In this document: positions 11,927 to 21,358 of the stretch, piece by piece
Position numbering within the stretch: the first letter of the stretch is position 1
How the letters are laid out: each line of letters begins with the position of its first letter
Origin: Candidatus Ornithoclostridium excrementipullorum
GTDB lineage: Bacteria > Bacillota > Clostridia > Christensenellales > UBA3700
NCBI GenBank assembly: GCA_018716085.1
Contig: DVKK01000040.1
Span: 1,107 to 65,106 of the forward strand
Reading direction: 5' to 3'
DNA length: 64,000 nucleotides
The notes under the pieces: model-generated
What the model was told of the DNA's origin: nothing
Seen by the model: the letters and a program-made list of their open reading frames with translations, nothing else
The model's database searches: none
Position numbers and translations under genes: made by a program

Positions 11927-11927
11927 C

Positions 11928-12959
11928 TCAAAACGCGGGCGGCACAAAGTCCAGTCCGCAGTCCTCCTCTATGGAAAACATGATATTCATATTCTGGATC
12001 GCCTGTCCTGCGGCGCCCTTGACCATATTGTCTATCGCGCTCGTGATCACGGCTCTGCCCGTACGCGGATCGGCGAAAATCCCGATATCGCAGTAATTGG
12101 ACATCCTTACGTCGCGGATATTGGCGGCTCTGCCGAGCGGAAGAACCCTGACGAATTTTTCGCCGCGGTAACGGTCGCTGTACAGCTTGTGCAGCTCCTC
12201 CGCCGTACACGGCGCAGTCAATCCGACGTACATGGTCGTTTCGATCCCTCTGTTGACGGGCAGCAGATGGGGCACGAACGTCACCGTGACCTTATCTCCC
12301 GCCAGCGCGCTCAACGTCTGCTCGATCTCGGGCGTGTGCCTGTGCGCAGCCGCCTTGTATGCCGAAAACGCCTCGTTGCAGTTGGGGAAATGCGTAGTGT
12401 CCGTCAGACCTCTGCCGGAACCCGTCACCCCCGACTTGCTGTCTATGACCATGCTCTTTTCCGCTATACCCGCCTCGAAAAGCGGAGCGGCGCCGAGAGC
12501 TACCGAAGAGGGATAACACCCGGGATTGCCTATTATCGGCTGCCCGCGATAGGCGGAACGGTGCAGTTCGGGAATGCAGTAAAGCGCTTTTTCGTGAAGA
12601 TCGGGTCTTTTGTAACTCTTGCCGTACCATTCGGCATATTCGCTCTCGCTGTCAAGACGGAAATCCGCTCCGAGATCGATCGTTTTTTTGCCCGCCGCAA
12701 GACATTTTCCGGCAAGTTCCTCGCTGAGTCCGTGCGGAAGCGACGCAAAGACGACGTCGCACTTTTCGACGACTTCGTCCGCGCCCGTCAGCACGAGATC
12801 GCATATCCCGTACAGATTGGGATATACGTCGCTCAACTTCTTGCCCTCGTAACTCACCGATGAGACCGCCTCGACGCGGGCTTGCGGATGCGACGCCAAC
12901 AGCCGTACGAGCTCCGCGCCCGCATATCCCGTCGCGCCGACGATTCCTGCCTTTATCAT
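11928..12959 (-). CDS. argC: N-acetyl-gamma-glutamyl-phosphate reductase
   Basis: Start moved to MIKAGIVGATGYAG (ATG 12959), an ATGA overlap with the argH stop. Active-site NPGCYPSS. Confidence 0.9.
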   Translation of the reverse strand: MIKAGIVGATGYAGAELVRLLASHPQARVEAVSSVSYEGKKLSDVYPNLYGICDLVLTGADEVVEKCDVVFASLPHGLSEELAGKCLAAGKKTIDLGADFRLDSESEYAEWYGKSYKRPDLHEKALYCIPELHRSAYRGQPIIGNPGCYPSSVALGAAPLFEAGIAEKSMVIDSKSGVTGSGRGLTDTTHFPNCNEAFSAYKAAAHRHTPEIEQTLSALAGDKVTVTFVPHLLPVNRGIETTMYVGLTAPCTAEELHKLYSDRYRGEKFVRVLPLGRAANIRDVRMSNYCDIGIFADPRTGRAVITSAIDNMVKGAAGQAIQNMNIMFSIEEDCGLDFVPPAF

Positions 12960-14350
12960 TCTTCCTCTCTCCACGGTTTGAGCACCGTGCTTCTGATCTT
13001 TTCGATATGCGCCGCTACGGCTTCGGGAGCGGGGCCTCCGACCGCCTTGCGCCCCTTGACGCATCCGATCAGATCTATGGCGTCGTACACGTCGCTGTCG
13101 AACAGTTCGCTCGACGCCTTAAAGTCTTCGAGCGGCAGTTCGTCCAGCCCGACGCCCTTTTCCGTACACTTCGCGACGAGCGCTCCCACAACGGCGTACG
13201 CGTCGCGGAAAGGCATCCCTTTGCCCACCAGATAGTCCGCGCAGTCGGTGGCGTTGATAAATCCCTTCTTTGCCGCGGCGAGCATATTCTCTTTGATAAA
13301 CCGCGCCGTTTTCAGCATCGGGACTATGATCGAAAGGCACTGTTTAAGCGTATCCGCGCTGTCGAACACCGCCTCTTTGTCCTCCTGCATATCCTTGTTG
13401 TAAGCGAGCGGCAGCCCTTTGAGCACGGTCAGAAGCGTGATCAGATCGCCGACGGTCCTGCCGGTCTTGCCGCGTATGAGCTCGCATATATCGGGATTTT
13501 TCTTCTGCGGCATGATGCTGCTTCCGGTCGCATATGCGTCGTCCAGTTCCACAAACTTGAACTCCCAGCTGCACCACATTATTATCTCTTCGGACAACCT
13601 CGACAGATGCGTCATGGTAAGCGCCGCCGCGCTGCAAAACTCCACACAGTAGTCCCTGTCGGAAACCCCGTCAAGGCTGTTGGCGCAGGGAGCGTCGAAG
13701 CCGAGCATCTTCGCAGTGTATTCGCGGTCGATCGGATACGTGGTCGTAGCGAGAGCGCCGCAGCCGAGCGGCGATTCGTTCATCAGCTCGAAGCAGTTGA
13801 AGAACCTCGTCATGTCCCGTCTGAACATCTCGACGTACGCCATCATATGATGTGCGAGCGTGATCGGCTGAGCGCGCTGCAAGTGCGTATATCCCGGCAT
13901 CACGGTTTCGAGATTGTTTTCGGCTATGCCGACCAGCGTTTCGACGAGTTTGCGCAGCATGCCCACGATCTCGTCGATACGCTTGCGCATATACATACGC
14001 AGATCCACGGCGACCTGATCGTTACGCGACCTTGCGGTGTGCAGCTTTTTGCCGGGAGCGCCGAGCCTTTTGGTCAGCTCCTCCTCGACGAACATATGGA
14101 TATCCTCGGCTTCCGGATCGAACGCCAGCCTGCCCTCGGTGATATCGTCCGCGATCGCGGCAAGTTCGGAAGCGATCTTCTTCGCCTCCTCCTCGGTCAC
14201 GATCCCCTGTCTGCCCAACATCGTAACGTGCGCTATGCTGCCCGTGATATCTTCGAGATACATCGCGCTGTCGAACGATATCGAACTGTTGAAATCGTTG
14301 ACGCGCTCGTCGAGCTCCTTGGAAAATCTGCCTTTCCAGAGTTTCGCCAT
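12956..14350 (-). CDS. argH: Argininosuccinate lyase
   Basis: 464 aa with GSSIMPQKKNPD signature. Confidence 0.95.
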   Translation of the reverse strand: MAKLWKGRFSKELDERVNDFNSSISFDSAMYLEDITGSIAHVTMLGRQGIVTEEEAKKIASELAAIADDITEGRLAFDPEAEDIHMFVEEELTKRLGAPGKKLHTARSRNDQVAVDLRMYMRKRIDEIVGMLRKLVETLVGIAENNLETVMPGYTHLQRAQPITLAHHMMAYVEMFRRDMTRFFNCFELMNESPLGCGALATTTYPIDREYTAKMLGFDAPCANSLDGVSDRDYCVEFCSAAALTMTHLSRLSEEIIMWCSWEFKFVELDDAYATGSSIMPQKKNPDICELIRGKTGRTVGDLITLLTVLKGLPLAYNKDMQEDKEAVFDSADTLKQCLSIIVPMLKTARFIKENMLAAAKKGFINATDCADYLVGKGMPFRDAYAVVGALVAKCTEKGVGLDELPLEDFKASSELFDSDVYDAIDLIGCVKGRKAVGGPAPEAVAAHIEKIRSTVLKPWREEE

Positions 14351-15576
14351 TACTTGTTACCCTTGTTTTTGAGTTTCATCATTGCCTGAACCTTTATCGG
14401 CAGTCCGAAGAGGTTGATGAATCCCGCGCTGTCTTTCTGATCGTAAACGTCGTCTTCCGCAAAAGTGGCTATATCCTCGTCGTACAGCGAGTACGGGCTG
14501 GTGACTCCCGCGTTGACTATGTTGCCCTTGTAAAGTTTGAGCCTGACGTCGCCGGTGACCGTCTGCTGAGTGCTGTCCACGAATGCGGAGAGCGCTTCGC
14601 GCAGCGGAGTGAACCACTGTCCGTTGTAGACGAGATCGGCGAATTTGACCGCAACGTGCTGTTTGAAATGCATCGTTTCCTTGTCGAGGCAGAGCGTTTC
14701 GAGCACTTCGTGAGCGTGATAAAGTATCGTGCCGCCGGGAGTCTCGTAAACGCCGCGCGACTTCATGCCGACAAGTCTGTTCTCGACGATATCGGCGATA
14801 CCGATACCGTTTTTGCCGCCGAGTTCGTTGAGTTTCGCCACGATATCGCTGCCCTTCATCTTCTTGCCGTCAACGGCAACGGGCACGCCCTTCTCGAAAG
14901 ACACCGTGACGTAAGTCGGCTCGTCGGGAGCCTTTTCGGGACTTACGCCCAGCTCGAGTATCTTGTCGTAATCGGGCTCGTTGGCGGGATCTTCCAGATC
15001 CAACCCCTCGTGGGAGAGGTGCCACAGATTCTTGTCTTTGCTGTAATTGGTCTCCCTGTTGATCGCAAGAGGCACGTTGTGAGCCTCGGCGTAATCTATC
15101 TCCTCGTCGCGCGACTTGATATTCCATATACGCCACGGAGCGATTATCTTCATCTCGGGCGCGAAAGCCTTTATCGTCAGTTCGAAGCGCACCTGATCGT
15201 TGCCCTTGCCGGTGCAGCCGTGGCAGATGGCGTCGGCGCCCTCAGCCAATGCGATCTCTACGATCTTCTTGGCGATGACGGGTCTTGCGAAACTCGTGCC
15301 GAGCAGATACTTGCCCTCGTAAACGGCGCCCGCTTTCAGCGTCGGGAATACGTAATCGTCCACGAACTCGTCGGTAAGATCGGCGATATACAGCTTGCTC
15401 GCGCCGGTCTTGATGGCCTTCTCTTCCAGTCCTTTAAGTTCCTTTCCCTGTCCGACGTTGCCTGCGACCGCTATGACCTCGCAGCCGTCGTAATTCTCTT
15501 TGAGCCACGGTATGATTATGGACGTGTCCAATCCGCCCGAATAAGCCAGAACGACTTTCTTTATCTTGTTACCCAT
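14350..15576 (-). CDS. argG: Argininosuccinate synthase
   Basis: 408 aa with AYSGGLDTS and the [13 protein letters not shown] motif. Confidence 0.95.
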   Translation of the reverse strand: MGNKIKKVVLAYSGGLDTSIIIPWLKENYDGCEVIAVAGNVGQGKELKGLEEKAIKTGASKLYIADLTDEFVDDYVFPTLKAGAVYEGKYLLGTSFARPVIAKKIVEIALAEGADAICHGCTGKGNDQVRFELTIKAFAPEMKIIAPWRIWNIKSRDEEIDYAEAHNVPLAINRETNYSKDKNLWHLSHEGLDLEDPANEPDYDKILELGVSPEKAPDEPTYVTVSFEKGVPVAVDGKKMKGSDIVAKLNELGGKNGIGIADIVENRLVGMKSRGVYETPGGTILYHAHEVLETLCLDKETMHFKQHVAVKFADLVYNGQWFTPLREALSAFVDSTQQTVTGDVRLKLYKGNIVNAGVTSPYSLYDEDIATFAEDDVYDQKDSAGFINLFGLPIKVQAMMKLKNKGNK

Positions 15577-15605
15577 GAGTTACACCTCGCGTTGTTGATA
15601 TTGAT

Positions 15606-15634
15606 ATATTAGTACAATGCGCGCGCAAAAGCAA
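15606..15634 (-). promoter_or_regulatory. Promoter of the arg operon: TTGCTT-17 nt-TAATAT
   Basis: Hexamers read on the minus strand, about 30 nt upstream of the argG ATG. Confidence 0.5.
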
Positions 15635-15637
15635 GCG

Positions 15638-15748
15638 TTTTTGCATCTATTTTTATAAATATTCAAATATTACCATAATAAGCCGATTATTATTCACTAT
15701 TTTGCATAAATATCGGAATATACAGATATTTTATGCATAAAAATACAA
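15638..15748. promoter_or_regulatory. Three phased TTTTGCAT / TATGCATAAA repeats, candidate ArgR operators
   Basis: TGCAT cores at 15642, 15703 and 15734 (spacing 61 and 31 bp) inside A/T-rich flanks such as TATGCATAAAAATACAAT. They lie between the divergent arg and P-loop promoters. Confidence 0.3.
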
Positions 15749-15808
15749 TTATGACACGCAGACCGTTCCGAAAAAGTCCGCAGCCGCCGCTCCGTCGTCG
15801 GAACGGGC

Positions 15809-15837
15809 TTGTAATCGTCCGCCGCGCGTGTTATCAT
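15809..15837 (+). promoter_or_regulatory. Promoter TTGTAA-17 nt-TATCAT placed 6 nt before the ATG (leaderless candidate)
   Basis: The -10 ends at 15837 and the ATG is at 15844. No Shine-Dalgarno sequence in between. Confidence 0.45.
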
Positions 15838-15843
15838 CTTTAT

Positions 15844-16344
15844 ATGGAAAAAACTCTTATATTCGTAAACGGCACAATGGGTTCGGGCAAAACTACGGTC
15901 TGCCGCGAACTTGCTTCGCTCATCGCCGATTCCGTCTTTCTCGACGGCGACTGGTGTTGGTTTTCCGATCCGTTCAAGGTCGACGACGCGACGAAAAAGG
16001 TCGTTATCGACAACATCTCTTATTGCCTGAACAATTTCCTTGCGTGCGATTCGTGGAGGGTCGTGATCTTCTGTTGGGTCATGGACGATCCGACGATCGC
16101 GGAGACGGTTTTGAAAAGACTCGACTTAAACGGCGTTCGCATCCTGCGTTTCACTCTGGATATCGACGACGGAGAACTCCGCAAGCGGTTGGAAAAAGAT
16201 ATCCGCGGCGGCAGCCGCCGCCCGTCCGTTACCTCGGACGCGATCAAACGACTGCCTCTTTACGCAGAACATCCCACAATACATATCGACGTATCGGAAC
16301 TTACGGCGAAAGGCGTCGCAAATAAGATACTGTCGTACCTGTGA
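15844..16344 (+). CDS. P-loop NTPase / small-molecule kinase-like protein
   Basis: ORF 15733..16344. Start moved to MEKTLIFVNGTMGSGKTT (Walker A). The R/P-rich N-terminal extension is judged non-coding. Confidence 0.6.
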   Translation: MEKTLIFVNGTMGSGKTTVCRELASLIADSVFLDGDWCWFSDPFKVDDATKKVVIDNISYCLNNFLACDSWRVVIFCWVMDDPTIAETVLKRLDLNGVRILRFTLDIDDGELRKRLEKDIRGGSRRPSVTSDAIKRLPLYAEHPTIHIDVSELTAKGVANKILSYL

Positions 16345-16353
16345 CGGTACGCG

Positions 16354-16381
16354 AAAAAGGACGGGTCTGCCGTCCTTTTGT
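16354..16381. terminator. Bidirectional intrinsic terminator
   Basis: AAAGGACGG-GTCTG-CCGTCCTTT flanked by A and T runs, between convergent genes. Confidence 0.75.
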
Positions 16382-16403
16382 CTGCGCGATATATGCGGCT
16401 CGA

Positions 16404-17540
16404 TCATCGTGAGGTCAAGGACACGTCCGAGAGATCGAATCCTCCCGACATCGAATACTCGCCGAAAGCGCTTCCCGCCTGCTCCGCCGTCTGCGCGGGA
16501 TTGGGCGAAAACGCGAGCTTTTCTCCGCCGAGCCCTTCCGTAAGCGCGTACAGCACCCAATCACGGGTAACGTTGTGGATATCTCCTACCGATCCGTAAG
16601 TCTGCGTCAGTCCGTCCATGAGCACGTAATTCGTCTTCTCGGTCAAAACTCCGTCCACGTATTCGTCGCTGCCGTAAGACTTGTACGCTATCGCCATACC
16701 GCAATAGAGATCTATCGCCGCTCCGCTGCCGCTCATGGACTCTACTGCCTGAGCGAATACCTGCGCGCAGTTCTTGCCCGATAATGACTCTCCCGTGATA
16801 TCCAGCTCTCCGGACAGCCCTGTGGACGGGATATAGGGGTCCGCCAGCACTATTCTCTGCGGCAGGATCGCGTCGGATACCAACAGTCCCATAGCCGACA
16901 TACCGTACAAAGTGTATGCCGCGGCGGTTACCATCTGCGCTCCGAAAGAGTGCCCGACGAAATACACCGGAGCGCCCTCGTAGTCCTGCATCGACGTCAC
17001 GAACTCCCTCGCGAATTCGCCCGCGAGCGAAACGTCGACAAGATCGGCTTTTTCGGCGGCGACTGCGCTGTCAGTGAAGTTTTTCGACCAGATCAGTCTG
17101 TGCATGGAAAACAACTGTTTTGCGTATGCGTTCCATTTGAAATACGCGACGTTATACCCCGCGTCTTTGAGCGCTTTGGCATAATCGACGTCGACCGAGA
17201 TCCCATCCTCTTTGGACGAAATAAGTGCGGAAGTGACGGTCGTCAGAGGCTCGTCCTCGCCCTGCGTTTTCCAACCGTGGGAATAGACCACGGTCGGTTT
17301 GGACGGATCGTAATATTCGAGCGGAAGCTCGGAAGAAGCACGGAGCATCTCCCCGTCCTCTCCGTCGGGTCCGTACCACCACAGACCGTATTTCGTATTG
17401 TCGGTATTGACCTCGTATTCCGAGATCGGCGTGACGCATCCGGTCAGCAATACCGCGGACATTACCGTCAGCGCGACTATGACCGCGCACAACGCGGAAG
17501 CGAGAAGCGCCGTTTTCGTTTTCAGATAGTTTTTTGTCAT
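16404..17540 (-). CDS. Secreted alpha/beta-hydrolase lipase/esterase lipoprotein
   Basis: Start at MTKNYLK (GGAG 7 nt upstream). Lipobox LLTGC. Nucleophile elbow GHSFG. Confidence 0.7.
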   Translation of the reverse strand: MTKNYLKTKTALLASALCAVIVALTVMSAVLLTGCVTPISEYEVNTDNTKYGLWWYGPDGEDGEMLRASSELPLEYYDPSKPTVVYSHGWKTQGEDEPLTTVTSALISSKEDGISVDVDYAKALKDAGYNVAYFKWNAYAKQLFSMHRLIWSKNFTDSAVAAEKADLVDVSLAGEFAREFVTSMQDYEGAPVYFVGHSFGAQMVTAAAYTLYGMSAMGLLVSDAILPQRIVLADPYIPSTGLSGELDITGESLSGKNCAQVFAQAVESMSGSGAAIDLYCGMAIAYKSYGSDEYVDGVLTEKTNYVLMDGLTQTYGSVGDIHNVTRDWVLYALTEGLGGEKLAFSPNPAQTAEQAGSAFGEYSMSGGFDLSDVSLTSR

Positions 17541-17558
17541 AAGCATTCTCCGCCTTTA

Positions 17559-17588
17559 ATTATAATACGGACGGGCGCGTCGGGTCAA
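17559..17588 (-). promoter_or_regulatory. Promoter of the lipase gene: TTGACC-18 nt-TATAAT
   Basis: Read on the minus strand. The -35 sits in one arm of the 9-bp inverted repeat GTCAAGTAC/GTACTTGAC (17584-17617). Confidence 0.45.
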
Positions 17589-17655
17589 GTACGCGTTTTG
17601 CCGCGGCTGTACTTGACAAAACTAACGCGCTCCGCGCCCGCAAGTCCCGCACGTC

Positions 17656-17815
17656 GCCGCGATCCGTGCGCGGTTTCCGCCAATTTGTTTATCTCATCGT
17701 CTGTTTATCTAGTCGACCGACAGTCTTTTGTGCCGCGATCCGTGCGCGGTTTCCGCCGATTTGTTTATCTCATCGTCTGTTTATCTGTCGTCCGACAGTC
17801 TTTTGCGCCGCGATC
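17656..17815. repeat. 76-bp tandem direct repeat, about 2.1 copies
   Basis: Copy 1 is 17656-17731 and copy 2 is 17732-17806, with 4 differences. A third copy is truncated after GCCGCGATC. Each unit carries two TGTTTATCT 9-mers and two short hairpins. Confidence 0.9.
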
Positions 17816-17922
17816 ATTTCTCTTCCGTCGAAAGTCCGAACTTCGTCAGCCCCTGGTCTGCCGAATCGGAGAAACGAAAAACGGGACCGCTTGCGCGATC
17901 CCGAAATTTCGTTTTCCTATCG

Positions 17923-20832
17923 TCAACCCGCGATGATATCGTTGGTGAAGATCGGGTTGGAACTGCCGTTGATGCAGTCCACGGACATCGTTACGCCGTC
18001 GTCTGCGGTCGTGCTGTCGAGAGCGCCGACTCTGACGGTGACGTTGACGAGGTCGAAGGAGATCGTAACGGCAACGGAACCTTCGCCGTCCGCGACGGTC
18101 GCGTCGGAGTTATCGATGGCAACAACGAGAGCTGCGTCGATATCGATGAATGCCGACAGAGAGGTGGACGCCGCCTTTACGGAGCCCTTGACGGTGACGT
18201 CGGTCACGGTGCCGTTGTTGACAGCCGCAAGTCCCGCTATCGCATAGTCGTTACCGGTCTTACCGGCAAAGCTGACGTTGACGCTGCCGTCGAGCACGAG
18301 GTTACGGACAGTACCGTCGTTGACCGCTATGAACGCGGCGTTGTTGCCGACCATGGATTCGATCGTATAGCCGGAGATCGTGTATCCGCTGCCGTCGAGC
18401 ACGCCCTTGAAGTTGGATATCGGGGCGATGACGGAGCCGCCGAGATCTATATCGGAAGTCATTACGAACGTAACGTTCTCGAAAGATCCCGCGGTCGCGG
18501 ACAGCTGTCTGACCTGATCTGCGGTGAACAGTTCGTAAACGCCTTCGGAGATCTTGAAGTCATACAGACCGACCGTTCCGGAAATGTCGAGTTTGTATCC
18601 GAGCGCGTATCCGTCTACGATGAAGGTCACGTCATAGACGCCCGCGTCGAGCTTGAGCAGTTCTTTGCCTTCGAGCGTAACGGTCGCGGTATCGCCTGCA
18701 ACGGTCACGTCGTAAGCCGCGGCGTCGAGTCCGTCCACGGTAACGTCAGCGCCTTCGGCGAAGCCCGCATAGGTGATGCCTACGGTCACCGTAGCCGCAT
18801 TGGCGTCGGCGCTCTTGACTACCGCGGAGTAGTTCTTGTCGAGCATCGGCTTCGCGGTCGTGAAGCTGTACACAGTGGTGAGCGAATCGAAATCTTCGTA
18901 CGAAACCGTGACCGCGACTTCGAATTCGTCCGCATTGGCGGTGACGCTGCCCGCCGCAAAAGTCAGGTTGCCGCTCTCGTCGGTAAACGTGAGTTCGGTC
19001 GCGGCTATCGCCTGTTCGGACTCGGTACCGGTGACGAGATCGTATTCGATCGTATTATAGATAGCGGGTACGAGGGACTCTCTGGAAGTGAGCTCCACTT
19101 CGTCCGCGCTCTGGCTGATGCCGACGGTGACGTATCTGTCGCCGGCTTCGTAGAGTTTGATCTCTCCCGCCGTGATATCCGCCTTGTCGCTGAGGTTGAG
19201 CAAGCTGCCGACCTTGAGGCCGTAAGCGAGATCGACGTCATAGTAGAAGCCGCCTTCGAAGTACCAGCCGCCGTTGAATGCGTCGGGCTCTTCGTTGACG
19301 AGGTTGGTCGTCACGCCGTAGCCGTATATTCTGTTGTAATTGCCGATTTCGGCCTCGATGCCGATGCTGAGCACGCCCGCGAGGATATCGAATCCCACAG
19401 CCTGCTTGACGCCGAGTTTGACTTCCGCCATACCGTCGAGCGAGATACCGACGTAATCGAAGCCGTTGTCCGCTCTTTCTTTGGAGTACGCTTGAATTCC
19501 ATCCTCGGGAGTATAGTTCACTCCAACTTGATAATCGAGATTTGCGGTAGCCTCTACGTCGAGGGAACCCGCGAACTTGAACGCAAATACGAGGTCCGCG
19601 TCATAGGTGATGCTCGCAACGCCGTTGGCGATCGGGAGCGTCCACTTGAATAGCTTGACGGAAGTGGGATTTTCCTCGGAATCGTTGGCAAGAGCGGTCA
19701 GCTTGTCGAACAGATCCTGCACATTCTCGATCCTGCTGAGATCCGCATTGGCATTGAGCGAAACGGTCGTCGTGATATCGTTGGTGATATCGGCATATAT
19801 ATAAAATCTCTCGCTGATCGTGTTTTTGTCGATGTCCGCGGTGACCGCGACGCCCATCACGTTCTCGATCGTCAGGACGAGGTCGGACTTGAAGCCGCCC
19901 TCGATCGTCAGCACGTCGGGGATCGTAACGGTGACCTTTGCGACTATCTTGCCGTCGACCATATCCACGGCGACGTCAAAAGTCGGATCCGCGCCGAATA
20001 CGGAGATCGCAGCCATATTAAGCTCGCTGTTTTCGAGCTGAGCCGCGATGTCCTCGGCAAACTGTATCTCGCTGTCGTCGGACAGCGCGGTCGTTTCTTT
20101 GTAATTGAATTCGGAGAACACCTCGGAGAAGTCGGGCTTGACGTAGTTGACGCTGACTACACCATTTATTGCCGAAGCATCGCTGAGCGCCTTGTAAGCC
20201 GCCTGAGTGCCGTCCTCCTGCTCGATGAGGAATATCTCACCCTCTTCAAAGCCGCTGGGCATATTTTTGAATACAGCGCTGCCGTAAGTATTGCCCTCGC
20301 TGTCGGTATTTGTATCTTTTACCGCAACGACATAAGAAGTGTCAATCGTCTTAAAGTCGCCGCTCATCTGCATGTCGTACACGTCGGGTCTTGCGACGGT
20401 GAATTTCAGTTCGCTCGCCTCGGGATAATCGACGAATCTTCCTCCGTCGTAAAGCGTGATCCTAACGCGCTCAGGCCATCCGCCCTCGGGGGGATTGACG
20501 ATAAAAATACCGGCCTGATTCCACGAAGCGGATACGGTGACTCCCTGTATCCTCTTGCCCGTGGACAAGTCGGTGACCACGATGTCGCTGCTGTCGCCCG
20601 CCTTTACCTCGAACGACGCAAACGCGTCTACGCCGTTGTCTATCGCGCTTTTGCCGTCGGCAGACGTTCCGCTGCCGCCGTTGTCGATAACAACGTCGCC
20701 TTTGCTTCCTTCGCCGCCGTTTACTTCGGTATCGCCGACCGGATCGTCCGTCTGGCATCCCGCAAACAACGACATCGCCATAACGATCACAAGTATGATC
20801 GATACGGCAAGCAGAAGCTTGTTTCTCCTCAT
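17923..20832 (-). CDS. Large surface lipoprotein with a C-terminal GLUG-like beta-helix region
   Basis: ORF to 20838; the ATG at 20832 has GGAGG 7 nt upstream. Signal peptide plus lipobox LFAGC. C-terminal FKGVLDGSGYTISGYTI ... AIAGLAAVNNGTVTDVTVKGSV resembles GLUG repeats. Confidence 0.75.
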   Translation of the reverse strand: MRRNKLLLAVSIILVIVMAMSLFAGCQTDDPVGDTEVNGGEGSKGDVVIDNGGSGTSADGKSAIDNGVDAFASFEVKAGDSSDIVVTDLSTGKRIQGVTVSASWNQAGIFIVNPPEGGWPERVRITLYDGGRFVDYPEASELKFTVARPDVYDMQMSGDFKTIDTSYVVAVKDTNTDSEGNTYGSAVFKNMPSGFEEGEIFLIEQEDGTQAAYKALSDASAINGVVSVNYVKPDFSEVFSEFNYKETTALSDDSEIQFAEDIAAQLENSELNMAAISVFGADPTFDVAVDMVDGKIVAKVTVTIPDVLTIEGGFKSDLVLTIENVMGVAVTADIDKNTISERFYIYADITNDITTTVSLNANADLSRIENVQDLFDKLTALANDSEENPTSVKLFKWTLPIANGVASITYDADLVFAFKFAGSLDVEATANLDYQVGVNYTPEDGIQAYSKERADNGFDYVGISLDGMAEVKLGVKQAVGFDILAGVLSIGIEAEIGNYNRIYGYGVTTNLVNEEPDAFNGGWYFEGGFYYDVDLAYGLKVGSLLNLSDKADITAGEIKLYEAGDRYVTVGISQSADEVELTSRESLVPAIYNTIEYDLVTGTESEQAIAATELTFTDESGNLTFAAGSVTANADEFEVAVTVSYEDFDSLTTVYSFTTAKPMLDKNYSAVVKSADANAATVTVGITYAGFAEGADVTVDGLDAAAYDVTVAGDTATVTLEGKELLKLDAGVYDVTFIVDGYALGYKLDISGTVGLYDFKISEGVYELFTADQVRQLSATAGSFENVTFVMTSDIDLGGSVIAPISNFKGVLDGSGYTISGYTIESMVGNNAAFIAVNDGTVRNLVLDGSVNVSFAGKTGNDYAIAGLAAVNNGTVTDVTVKGSVKAASTSLSAFIDIDAALVVAIDNSDATVADGEGSVAVTISFDLVNVTVRVGALDSTTADDGVTMSVDCINGSSNPIFTNDIIAG

Positions 20833-21358
20833 AACCATTCCTCCGATTATCTATTGACGTGTACAACGCGCGCGTAATATGCAAAACGCACGAATTTATA
20901 CTTCGTCTCTAATATAATATCATCGCGCGCGGTCAAATAGCAATAGAGAAATGTAAAATTTATGTAAAATTTTTCATATTTTCGTATTTTTCCGATAATT
21001 TCGGGCAATTCGTGAAAAAAACGATGCCGTTCAGGCACATGGAAACGACACATTATCTGTCAAAATTAAACCGTTTTGTCCATAAAATCGACACCTTTCC
21101 GTCCCCTCGATCCCGCTCTTTCCCGCATAGAACAAGGCTTTTCGCAAAACGTCGCCGACGTTTCCCCTGCTCCGGGATCGGACAACCGATCTGCGCGAGA
21201 TTTCCCCTTATGCAGTCGGCTTTGCAACTGACCGTACATCTGTTTTATAAATATATTTAAATTTTACGCGCCCGCAAACGCAGGCGCGCAAGTATTATTT
21301 TCCATATAAATAGATCCGACCAACCGAAAGGCGTCGTTGCTACTCCGTCGTCCGCCCC

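Noticed and set aside
17656-17815. Possible CRISPR array
   Set aside because: There are only about 2.1 head-to-tail copies with no unique spacers between them. The 76-bp unit is far longer than a CRISPR repeat, and no cas genes are present.
21012-21260. 82-aa plus-strand ORF in the long intergenic region
   Set aside because: It is Arg/Phe/Pro-rich with no RBS and no motif, and lies in a pyrimidine-rich non-coding tract.
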